Part shown: in pieces, positions 49,325 to 60,746 of the stretch | How the letters are laid out: every line of letters begins with the position of its first letter | How positions within the stretch are numbered: the stretch's first letter is position 1 | Assembly (NCBI RefSeq): GCF_964355755.1 | Contig: NC_092675.1 | Coordinates: 7,745,812 to 7,809,811 of the forward strand | Direction of reading: 5' to 3' | Length of the DNA stretch: 64,000 nucleotides | From: Antedon mediterranea | Taxonomy: Eukaryota; Animalia; Echinodermata | Position numbers and translations under genes: made by a program | Notes under the pieces: model-generated | What the model saw: only the letters and a program-made list of their open reading frames with translations | Told to the model about the DNA's origin: nothing | The model's database searches: none

Positions 49325-52300
49325 TTAAAGTACACACTTTAAGGTATACCTTCTGGTAAAATTATGCTTCTTCATCGATTTTTTTTTCTCAAAAGAATTC
49401 CACAGAGAATTCTCGCTTCGCTTCTGAAATAACCGTCTCTCGGCTATTTGCTGTTGACAGTAGGCCCCAGCTGAATGGGAACCAGTTAGACCGGAACATT
49501 AGAATTGTACCAAATATTGCCACTTTTTAAGACCAGGCATTGGCAGGTATACAACAGATCACATGGATGTAGGCCCTTACTGGTAACCAGCAGACACAGC
49601 TTTTAAATCTTTTTGAACTTGTCTGTACATACAAATCTTATGACCAGTTCTCAGTCACAACACGAATATCGTGGGTTCGAATCCCACGCTAGTGGAATAG
49701 AGTTAAAGCTATGCGGGCTACTGTGTTTGGGTTCACAGAATTATATGTTTCACTTCCACCACACCGTGAGGCGGCAACATCAATGCATCTGATGTGGAAA
49801 CGACCCCAATGCTGTGGCAGGGCATTAGTGCTGAGGCAGGAAGAGCGCACCATAACATTTTTTTCTGTGGCTTTCTATCTCGTAAATGTTATGTTTAGTG
49901 CCCTCAATTTTTACATACAAATCTGTGTCTTATTCTATCTCTGCCCGAAAGTATCAATTAGAGAGGATTTTGGTAGGGTCTGTCTTTACTGTCAATGTAT
50001 AAAAGCAAACTACACGTTTTATTATACAATCATAAGTATCATCATACTTGTATTTATCAACGAGATATTGACCTTATAAATATCACTAAAAGGTTATAAA
50101 ATCGTGAACGTTAGTGTAGGTTTGATGCATACGAGACTAACAAAATAGTATTTCGCAATTTTCATAGTAGAGGGCGCAATCATCATCTTTTATTGCAAAA
50201 CGTACTGTTGATCACAATCCTGAACCTTCATACGATGCGAAAAATCGAAAAGTTAACTGGAATGAATAAAAAATACAGATTTGGGCAAGTCAATCAAACA
50301 ACTTTTCCTTGCTTACTCCAAACTTACATATAAAAATGCAAGTGAATTAAAATGTTATTACTTTGTAAGCACGATAGCGCCTACAATTTTCAAGTTATCA
50401 TTCTGAATTTTTCGGTTTAAAAAGGTATATTTTATAAGTTCATTAATAAATTAGATTATAACAGACAAGAAAAATTTGTATTCTTTTAACATGAGCCGAA
50501 TTAGATTTCAGACTCGATAGAGACAATTTCCGATCTATATTATATTTATTTTCTTTATAAATTAATTTAAAAGATTATTGTCACAATCCACAAAAAAAAC
50601 TATTTAGTATTCATTGTCTACAGGTAAGTTTCCATCAGAACATGTGTTAGTCATTGTAAAACATATTATATAAAATATATTATTAATAATAAACAATAAT
50701 AATAAATAAAATGTTTAAATTTAGATACGGTAATTACAATCCAACAGATAAAACATTCGGTCAAGTTCAGCACTTCGTTTTACAGTTGTTAGACCCTTTG
50801 CCAACAACCCTATTCCCCAACCTAATTCCCTATTTTTCAAAATCCAGGATCCGCTAGAAAGCGTTATAGTTGTATAAAACGCAATGGGTATATTTAACTC
50901 CCTCCCTCTCCCATTAACTTTCCCAAAAAGTGTTGCCACGTCCAATCATATAGTAGTCATTCCTCAATAGTTTCCATATCCTTTTATTATGCATATTTGT
51001 AGCCTACATAATAATTTCTCACATGAGATTTATGCAAATGATGCATTCCAGGGCGTGACCATACCATAACGCTATTCTAATAATCAGCTCTCCGGAGCGG
51101 GGTTCAGGTCTTTGCAGTAGGACTATAGTAAAGTCAACAACAATTCAAACTAATTGAAATGGCTATTAAGAATCAGGTAGCTAGTAGTATGATATTTTTA
51201 TTCTATAAATGCAATTTATGAGCAGCTCTACCTTTCAAAATGTGTGCGACAGTAGGAATCGCAAAGATAGCTTACCTGTTTCCTAAATTAACACTCAAAA
51301 TATCTCTTTTCAAAATAACAAACAATGTTTATTGAAATTGGACTAATCCGCCGTCGGGCTGTTTGTACTGTATTTTAAATTTGTATTCCTTGCTGGATTA
51401 TTGTAGAAACATTTTACTAAAATTTATATTAAATATTTGTAAAATGATTTTGCATACTTTGGCCAAATCAATTTCATATAGGCCTAGGCCTACAGTATCA
51501 CATTTGAATTCAATAGTTTCTTTATACAGGAATGCACTGTGTATTGTACTGTGCGTTATTTTTAATAAAACCAAATTGATGTTAGATAAAAAAGATATCA
51601 CGATTGTATTGTGTAAGAACATTTTGTTTGTATTATCTGAAAGTACACATTATTATAATTATTAGTAATATTATTTGTTGAAATGAAAATTGTTTTTTCC
51701 AATAAAACGTATTGATATGACGGTATAGTGTAAACCCCCCCCCCCCCCCATCATGGGACACACGCAGCGGGCGACGTCGTCACATGTAGCGGTTGCGCGT
51801 TGTTGGCATGAACGCTTTGTGCCCGCTTCGATGTTACTACGATACAGAACGCAATCGCCATATCAACGAATCATAACAAAAACGCCCAGAAAACTATTGG
51901 AAACCTTTTCGGAAAGTTGTATTGAGATCATATCTCGAATTATTTCCATATTAATTACTAATGGGTAATCCTTTGACCTTATGTCAACGCAACTCAGTTG
52001 AGGAATTCGTTGGGGATAATCGCCAAGAATTTAATTCACCAGACGGAAGTAGTGTAGATCTTCCAAATGCCCAGATAGTGTGGCCACCGAATGTTCTGAA
52101 TCTAAGAACACAGCAGATGATGATAAAGTATCTGCTTGGACAATTGACACAGATAAACTGTCGGGTACTATGGGAAAGACAAGAAAAAGAAGTCTAAATC
52201 CCGCTTGGGCAGACTTCGACGATCGCTGAAGAAGTCCAAGAGAGTCGGACTTGATAACAATGATGCTACAGCCGATTCTGCAGCAATCAAAGACATTATT

Positions 52301-53106
52301 GATGATAAACAACCACCGGTTGATGTGGTGACAGCAGAAGCTGCCAATGGCAATGGAAGGTATGTCTGGCATTTGTTTAGTATAGTGTCTAGATGTATGT
52401 ATTGGATTCTTAAATTAAAATATTTTACAATCAATATCTTAATTTGCTTTTATTCCAGTATTCAAACAGACCTTAAAACAGAAGTCATAAGGGTAGATGA
52501 GCTCGAATGTGAAGACATGGAAGAAACGATTGTTCTGTAAGCCTAAATATTACTTTAAAGTTTTTAATACTACTCTGAATAATGTATGCATAGTCATGTA
52601 GAGTATATTTAGTTTGTTTAATTTGTTAATTCTCTTGTCTTTAATACATGCATACATCATTAATTAAATAATAAACAAATATTTCAGAATGTTAGAATTT
52701 TGGTCCATTAATATTATTTGAACTTTTTAACATTTTGAATTCAATAGAAATCATCAGCCCATTGCTGAACTGATTGCTGACAACGACGATCAGCCCATTG
52801 CTGAATTGATTGCTGACAACGACGATGAGCTCATGAGGATAACTCTGACGACAGAAACAGTTTGGGTTCGGACGTAGAGGACGACGACGAGAAGAGTGTC
52901 CAAGAAGGTATGAGATTCTTTTTATTTAAGATATGTTTATTTTGGTCTAAAAGATGTATAGATATTTCATTTCTAAAAATGAAGAAAACTTGTTTATATA
53001 TTACATACTTTTTTTTTCAAAAGGTGACCATGATTGGATTGTTGAGGCACAGATTCTAACCAGTCAGATTAAAAGGTATAAATCACCCGTAACAATCACA
53101 AATAAA

Positions 53107-53185
53107 TCATCTCATCATCATTATTATCATCATCAACATCATCATCATCATTATCATGATCATGATGATCATTATCATCGTCATA
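53107..53185. repeat. (CAT)n microsatellite
   Basis: Imperfect CAT/TAT/GAT triplets inside a predicted intron. Confidence 0.85.
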
Positions 53186-53403
53186 TTCCTTCTTTTTTTA
53201 GCATTGCATCGGAAATGTCAGTAGACAGTCAGCTTCAACGACGTCACCGACCACCGACACGATACGGACTCATGAATGAGCTTAAATTATCGTTTGGGCC
53301 TGCCTGGTGTGGACAGAGAGCTACCATCAATCTTCTCCAGTGTTGTTCAAAATAATCATCCTTCTCGTCATCGTAACAATCCGCTAATGAAAGTAATTAA
53401 ACA

Positions 53404-54406
53404 TGCTAATCAATTCCACCAGGTACGCCTAAATAATACCACATACACTTATTAAAAACAGAAATAAGCAAGGGGGTTGGTTGGTGGGGTTAAAAGGAGA
53501 GAGAGGATTGTCAACATGGCAGTTGCTAATCAATTCCACCAGGTACGCCTAAATAATTAAACACCACATACACTTATTAAAAACGGAAATAAGCAAGGGG
53601 GTTGGTTGGTGGGGTTAAGAGGAGAGAGGGGAATGTCAACATGGCAGTTGCTAATCAATTCCACCAGGTACGCCTAAATAATTAAATACCAAATACACTT
53701 ATTAAAAACATAAATAAGCAAGGGGATTGGTTGGTGGGGTTAAGAGGAGAGAGGGGAATGTCAACAACATGGCAGTTGCTAATCAATTCCACCAGGTACG
53801 CCTAAATAATTAAATACCAAATACACTTATTAAAAACATAAATAAGCAAGGGGATTGGTTGGTGGGGTTAAGAGGAGAGAGGGGATTGTCAACATGGCAG
53901 TTGCTAATCAATTCCACCAGGTACGCCTAAATAATTAAACACCACACACACTTATTAAAAACGGAAATAAGTAAGGGGGTTGTTTGGTGGGGTTAAGAGG
54001 AGAGAGGGGAATGTCAACATGGCAGTTGCTAATCAATTCCACCAGGTACGCCTAAATAATTAAATACCAAATACACTTATTAAAAACATAAATAAGCAAG
54101 GGGATTGGTTGGTGGGGTTAAGAGGAGAGAGGGGAATGTCAACATGGCAGTTGCTAATCAATTCCACCAGGTACGCCTAAATAATTAAATACCAAATACA
54201 CTTATTAAAAACATAAATAAGCAAGGGGATTGGTTGGTGGGGTTAAGAAGAGGAGAGAGGGGATTGTCAACATGGCAGTTGCTAATCAATTCCACCAGGT
54301 ACGCCTAAATAATTAAACACCACATACACTTATTAAAAACAGAAATAAGTAAGGGGGTTGTTTGGTGGGGTGAAAAGGAGAGAGGGGAATATCAACATGG
54401 CAGTTG
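53404..54406. repeat. Minisatellite, ~121-128 bp x 8
   Basis: Unit TGCTAATCAATTCCACCAGGTACGCCTAAATAAT...AAGGGGGTTGGTTGGTGGGGTTAAGAGGAGAGAGGGGAATGTCAACATGGCAGT, starting at about 53404, 53525, 53650, 53778, 53902, 54027, 54152 and 54280. Confidence 0.95.
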
Positions 54407-55459
54407 ACTTAATTTATTTATTACAAAAATCCCTCTAATTTAATCTTCTTTTTTATATAGTACAAAATAGAAGAGGAAGAAAGGCAGAAAAAAGACGCCT
54501 TGATAGACTGGCCATGATGCGTGAACGAGACATACAGTATAAGTTAAGGATGTGGGAAAACCGACAAAGATTTAAGGAAAGACATCTGTTAGATGTTCGC
54601 TTTGAGAGGAGGACGAGTGATAGCGGGGAAGATGTCACGGACTAGGGGGTGTCTTAAGAAGATCACACAAGGATCATTTAGTTATCAGACTCATCACGTA
54701 TTTCAACGACTACGAAGACAAAAAAACAGATTATGAAGAACTATATTATTTAATTAATTATTATTCAATAAAGATTGTCCTAATTTTAAAAATCTTACGT
54801 GTTATGCCTATTTTTTTTTAATGTTGAATATTAATTAGTGAGTGACCACCAGGGACTGGTCTATGAGTACTTCACTCTTCATTATTATAGTAATAATCTG
54901 GACCTAATTTGAACACAGGGAATCGTTGAGAAGAACGAAATGGTAACATAAAGTAGGCCTAACAAAATATGGTAGATTTAAATTTCCATGTAAGAACCTA
55001 TTTAGTTAGCCTCATAACCACAGCATCTACTGGCTTAACTGAGTCGGCACCTCATACTTAGAGGTAAACGTATAAAATTAAAGAATGAATATACCCATCC
55101 CTGCTCAAAAGATTGTTTTTAAGGGACATTTGTTTACAGTATGATAATACATAATATAACTTTCGAATCAGCACCGTCATGATGCCTCAAATATTACACC
55201 AGCACTGAAAACTAAGAAAATGGTTGTAGCGACCTCTGTCTGAATAAAATTATTCATTTCATAATTTATTCAAAGTATTTCAGCGCCCTCTATTGCAAAA
55301 AGAATGTGTCACAAGTTTGATTTCCAAGCAGAATACTATTTTAGCATGGTTACTAGACCATATTATTCTTTCCGTCGAATTTTTGAGTTTTTAGTTTGGG
55401 AATCTGTAGGTTCTATAGCTTAAAATAGTAGACGTTGCACATTAGACACCATGAAAGCA

Positions 55460-55790
55460 AATAATCAAGCGGTTAAATCAGTGGAACCGTAATACCTTTT
55501 TAATACCATATTAACATCGGCAAGGGTTCGAGCCTCACTCGCTCCAGGGTTCTGGTGGTAGAACGAGTCTTCTCGGATAAGGAATATAAACCAGTGTACA
55601 CATCTGGCTCATGTGCACTTTAAGGAACCTAGTACATCTTTCGAGAGGAGTAAGGGGTTATCCCGGTGTACTAGTATACACACATCCACTTTCACTCATC
55701 AAGAGGGTCCCTTGTTGATTGTTGTTGTTGTCAGCATACGCTGTTTAGGTTCACCCTCTATAAATAAGGTGTAATAGAAATAAAATACAA
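55460..55790 (+). mobile_element. Deu-like tRNA SINE (same family as 16617)
   Basis: AGCGGTTAA...GGGTTCGAGCCTCACTC...GGTTCTGGTGGTAGAACGAGTCTTCTCGGATAAGGA...TGTGCACTTTAAGGAACCTAGTACATCTTTC...CCCGGTGTA. Confidence 0.8.
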
Positions 55791-56245
55791 ATGCATACGG
55801 CACATGCGACCTACTTTGTAAAGAATAGCTGATATTTAGTTATATCTAGTTATTAGATATTTCCATGAAATGGAAGCTGTGTCTTTAGTTTGAACTTCTA
55901 CAATGCCTACGCCCATCGTAATAAACGAAAAAATATATGAATTCCCGAGCGTCTCTAATCATGTTTTTTTATGACGATGTCTGTCTAATTCTCTTAGGTT
56001 TCGTTTTTTTCTTTGCTCTAAATCCAATCATGAAGGTATAATGGTTCAATTAATTATGTTGATGTAGATTCTCCGTCAAATGTAAATTAATTCTTTTTTC
56101 TGCAGGGTCTACTTTACTAATTCCATGTTTATTTCAATAAACTATTATTGTTATTTATAACTAAAACTTTATTAACATAAGTATAAATCATCCCACTTAT
56201 TTACACCCATGGGAATTCATTATAGCGTGTACCATGATCCGCTCG

Positions 56246-56430
56246 TACCATGGCTATAGCCTACATTTACACTCGCGTGTACATCGCCTGGAAAGGGATA
56301 CCCGGGGGTAGATTGTTCGCGTGGGCCGCCTGTACCATGGTAGACCTTGCCTACGTTAACGGTTACTCGCGTGTACATTGCCTGTTCAAGGGAGTCCCCC
56401 GGGGTACAGCGTTCGCGTGGGCCGCTCGTA
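56246..56430. repeat. CpG-rich diverged tandem repeat, ~87-95 bp x 2
   Basis: GTACCATGG...GCCTAC...ACTCGCGTGTACAT..GCCTG...CCCGGGG.TA...GTTCGCGTGGGCCGC occurs twice. Confidence 0.75.
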
Positions 56431-56914
56431 AATAACGTTACGCAAACACTGTGCATACTGTGCTTGTATAAATCAATAGACGTGGGTAAGCCTATATAAA
56501 AACTATTATACGCGCGTTTTTGTAATTCCATATAATATGTTGTTATTAGGATAATGCGTTTTATTCAATTCCACATTTTTGGTCGAGTTCACTTACGCAG
56601 GAGCCATTAGATAATGACACCGTTTGTAGACCTAGACCAAACCATGTTCACCATTCATGTTGTGTGCCAAACCTATGCCTGTGTTAGGAATAATTGTCGC
56701 TGGACTGCCATAAAAGAAATAAAAAGGCCTAGGCCTAAAGATGCTCTGAAAATGTTTGGTTATTCGCACGCAACAACAGATCATGCGTTTGTATAGGCCT
56801 ACTATAATGAGCTCATGCATAGTGAGAGTATATGGAAAAAACCGGTGAACAGATCGTGCACATTGCACAGCAGACTCCTTTGCATATTCTTTATGCAAAT
56901 ATTATTTTTTAACA

Positions 56915-57610
56915 AAAACATTGCTCCTGTATTCATAAGTAAAAAAGTTAAAGATAACATTAGGAAAGTCGAAAAGAAACCTACTATTATAAGTCAACAA
57001 TGTGTTGTGTATAAATTTAAATGTGACTTGTGTGATGCAAGTTATGTTGGATATACATGCCGACACTTCTACCAACTGTATATTTATATATATTAGAATT
57101 AATGTTCTTTGCCTCTTGTGTGTATATATATTTATTTTTTATATCTTTGTTAATTTTTTGTTTTTATAGTTTTTGTATTTTTTGTTTGTATTGTTTGAGG
57201 GTCCCTAATGATCAGCTGATGCTGGATGGAAAGTTTTGTTGAACATAGTAGATGCTTAATAGGACAGAATTTAAAGGATCATAACGTGATTGTTAATCCA
57301 AGTAAAATTAATTCATGTTTTAGTATATACTTAGGAAATGCAAAAACAAATTTGACTGCCTTATCTATGAAATGTTGTATATCAGACAATTAAAACCTAG
57401 TCTGAATAAACAAAGTGACTCTGTAAAAGCAAAAGCTTTTCATTTGACAGGATGTTAGACAATAGGTCTTTTGTTATTTAAACTTTGACCCTTGTCTTGT
57501 GCTATTTAATTAGTCGTTGTTTTAAATTGTATTCATTGGACTTGATAATGACCCCATGATGGAGTCGAAACGTCGTTCTTTTTTAAGCGTTATTTTTATA
57601 TTATGTAAAT
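56915..57610 (+). mobile_element. Second Penelope-like element 3' remnant (GIY-YIG), interrupted by a ~160-bp insert
   Basis: PVFISKKV...EKKPTIISQQCVVYKFKCDLCDASYVGYTCRH, then after about 57240 ILRKCKNKFDCLIYEMLYIRQLKPSLNKQSDSVKAK. The 3' end carries a hammerhead-variant motif CTTGATAATGACCCC-ATGAT-GGAGTC-GAAACGTCGTTC at 57541-57578. Confidence 0.85.
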
Positions 57611-57817
57611 ATCATTTCCTAAGGATTAATACCATACGGCCAACCACTTTTTTTTTAATGTGAAGTTTAGCATGGTTACTACCGGGGATTAAGAGACGAC
57701 CTTCTTTAAAAAGACTTTGTAGTAACAGTTTTCAATTTATTGAATAGTATATGAATAGATACTTTGTTGACGAACCAAGAGTTGTTTTCCGATACCGACC
57801 ACCGTTACCGTACAACA

Positions 57818-58203
57818 AATGTGATGTGCCCATATATAGACATGATGATGTCATATTACTACCATATTTGGGCACACCACACTTTTTTTGTCACACTAGT
57901 TTGATAGTGTAGACAAGCTATGTCTACACTATCAAACTAGTTTGACAAAAAAAGTGTGATGTGCCCAAATATGGTAGTGATATGCCCAAATATGGTAGTG
58001 ATGTGACAACATCATGTCCATATATGGGCACATGTAATAATCTTTATTGTCTTTCTTTCTTGTTTGTTCTTTTTCACATACATAAAATCAAAACTAAAGA
58101 CAAAAGACCAAAAAAAAAAAAGCTTTCGCTTATCGAGTTTTGGCAATTTGGCAATAAAACAAATGTTTTTTGTCACACAAAGTTTGATAGTGTAGACAGA
58201 GTT
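57818..58203. mobile_element. Two abutting copies of the AGCTCTGTCTACAC MITE family
   Basis: Palindromic junction AGTTTGATAGTGTAGACA AGCTA TGTCTACACTATCAAACT at about 57898-57938. Confidence 0.75.
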
Positions 58204-58689
58204 TCAAGATATTTGATTCCATGAAAACAATTTGCAGTAATGACAAAATAGATAAACATAAAAATATTTGTTATATTATAAATAATGTTATATTTAGCAT
58301 AAATTGGCCTATTGTTATATTTATAGCATAAAATATAATACTATTTGTCCTCTTTTCTATGATCCCGCCATAACACTTCCATGTTTTTTTATGACAGCCG
58401 TACTGCACGTTTTACTAAAGTAAGCCTAACTATTTTTAGAAAAATACTTCTCATTATTAATGTGTGATGTATTTATATATATGATATCCTTGTATTGAAT
58501 TATGTGGTTTTTGATTAAATATGAATGCCATGGATATGAATAAACAATACGCATTGTTTGTAATCCAGTCAGTGAGTTAATTGTGGCAAATGAATAATGA
58601 ACGTACTATCTGATTTATTGTTTCCCTTAGTGTTTAATAATTCATATCGACTTCCTGTTGGCGAAATTGTTAATAATGTTTAAAATTAC

Positions 58690-59190
58690 TCTATTTTATA
58701 ACACGAGAGTACCTGATTGTATTCTTGCAATTTGATTGGTCAGTTGGGCATCACGTGTCATTTGGAATTCGCCCTATCTCATGGAAAAGTAATATTGAAC
58801 GGTTCTAATGCACGTTCATCTTTCTTTCTCAACATTTTGAAAACTTGTGCCACGCGACGTTGTTGAATGCGTACGGAAATCAACTTGCTGACTGTTCTAC
58901 TAGTCCGCGTCTAAAGTTGGAACACTTTCTTTTATAATGGCCTAGCTTTGCGGCCTAGCACTCGTCAATGATTTACGATGCATTTCATTTTTAAACTCAA
59001 TAAATATTCTCTCCATTTAACGAATACTAAACATGAATTATTTTTATACTATCTTCTAATAAACCTACTGAAAACTACATAGAATTGTCTATGAACATGC
59101 GGTCATTGAACTATAATACGTTCCTCAATTAATTTTAGATAACCAATTCCGCTTTAGTTCTATGAACTAATTATAGAAACGGAATTGGTC
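58690..59190 (+). mobile_element. Non-autonomous element, possibly Crypton-like
   Basis: 5' GATTGGTCAGTTGGGCATCACGTG motif and a subterminal inverted repeat ACCAATTCCG...CGGAATTGGT at 59142-59189; no TIRs or TSD recognised. Confidence 0.35.
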
Positions 59191-60286
59191 TTTCAAAGAA
59201 AGAAAAAAAAACACCACCATATATAACCTACTGAATTGATATGATAAAGAGTTTTAGATTACATTAACAGATACGGACTATTAATGGTAGCTCATTTGAT
59301 TGCAATCAGTCATAAGTTAACATTACTAGGCCTGGGCCTACTTTACATTCGATCACCGACTTAGAAGGACTTGACAAGCTGATTGTATGGGTGAATCAAC
59401 GAATGAAGAATTAATGTCTTAAAATTACTCACTTATCTAAAAATTGATCAAATCCCAATAGTAGAAAATACTGAGTCATGCTCTTAATAGTACTTGGCAA
59501 TCACACAGGCCTATGATCAAAAGGACATCATTTGTATTATTAGAGTAGGCCATAATATCCTGAAGTAACACAATGATTTAAATGAAATTAATTTGGCGGT
59601 AACGAAAAACAAAATCGCATTCCTCATTTACATTGTCTGCGTGATTTGAACTCACATCCGGGGCTCACACATACAACATGACAACAAGCCATCTCACATC
59701 ATTCCGAATGGTTTGAATGACGATATTCAGTGGCAGATCCAGAATTGTGAAATTGTGGAAAGGGATTTGTTACAAGTATTTTTACGCAACTCTTTAATAA
59801 ACAAAACTGCAAAGTGTAGGCCTACTTCTGATGACATGCCGCCCGAGACATTTTGTTCATAATTTAATAATAATTCTTCAACCTCAACCATAGTGGGTGT
59901 AATAACACATTCGTTGAAATGACGCCTGGTGAATTCATTTCTTAGCATTTTGGTTCATAGACCTGATTAAAAAAATACCGGGCTTATTCGTTTAGCCCAA
60001 AACTATATGGAATGTGGTAATAATAATATAATAATAATAAGATTTTTATAGCGCACATACCACTCCAGAGTGCTCAAGGCGCATTTAAAAATAAAAAAGA
60101 AATAAATCATACAAATTCCTGGCAAATAAAATGCAATTTCTTTGGAGGGTCCCCATCCGTTGTCATTCTGTCGCGGTCCCGGACCCCTACCTAGGTGACC
60201 AAACAAAGGAGCAGGATACACATTTGCCTTGCCACAGACGACCGGGTGCTCAGAGACAACAACCAAGACAGAGGCACCCCAAAGTA

Positions 60287-60746
60287 GTAGCGGTGAGCGT
60301 GGTTTGGATACGGTACTCAGTGAGATATTTTGGCAAACAACTGTATTATGTGGTAGCGGTGAGCGTGGTTTGGATACGGTACTCAGTGAGATATTTTGGC
60401 AAACAACTGTATTATGTGGTAGCGGTGAGCGTGGTTTGGATACGGTACTCAGTGAGATATTTTGGCAAACAACTGTATTATGTGGTAGCGGTGAGCGTGG
60501 TTTGGATACGGTACTCAGTGAGATATTTTGGCAAACAACTGTATTATGTGGTAGCGGTGAGCGTGGTTTGGATACGGTACTCAGTGAGATATTTTGGCAA
60601 ACAACTGTATTATGTGGTAGCGGTGAGCGTGGTTTGGATACGGTACTCAGTGAGATATTTTGGCAAACAACTGTATTATGTGGTAGCGGTGAGCGTGGTT
60701 TGGATACGGTACTCAGTGAGATATTTTGGCAAACAACTGTATTATG
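60287..60746. repeat. Perfect 66-bp minisatellite x 7
   Basis: Unit GTAGCGGTGAGCGTGGTTTGGATACGGTACTCAGTGAGATATTTTGGCAAACAACTGTATTATGTG; copies are identical with no spacers. Confidence 0.97.

Larger units (their letters stand above)
51753..54645 (+). pseudogene. Decayed multi-exon gene of unknown function (acidic/basic low-complexity protein), possibly transposon cargo
   Basis: GC-richer exons: about 51753-52359, 52459-52536, 52748-52907, 53024-53075, 53202-53392 and 54461-54645. They are bounded by GT/AG with phase-compatible joins (2-2, 2-2, 1-1, 2-2) but carry internal frameshifts and stops. AATAAA at 54767. Confidence 0.55.

Noticed and set aside
49645-49695. tRNA gene (GGGTTCGAATCCCAC)
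   Set aside because: Only the T-arm/B box is evident and no complete cloverleaf can be built; likely a SINE head. The same applies to 4574-4590 and 13562-13630.
52954-53355. Poly-His protein ORF
   Set aside because: The His run comes from a (CAT)n microsatellite lying between a GT donor (53076) and an AG acceptor (53201), i.e. intron read-through.
53404-54406. CRISPR-like array
   Set aside because: The whole unit is repeated; there are no unique spacers.
60287-60746. CRISPR array, or a real repeat-protein CDS (ORFs 60003-60773, 60131-60985, 60229-60825)
   Set aside because: Units are identical with no spacers, there are no cas genes and the context is eukaryotic. The ORFs are explained by a stop-free 66-bp period.
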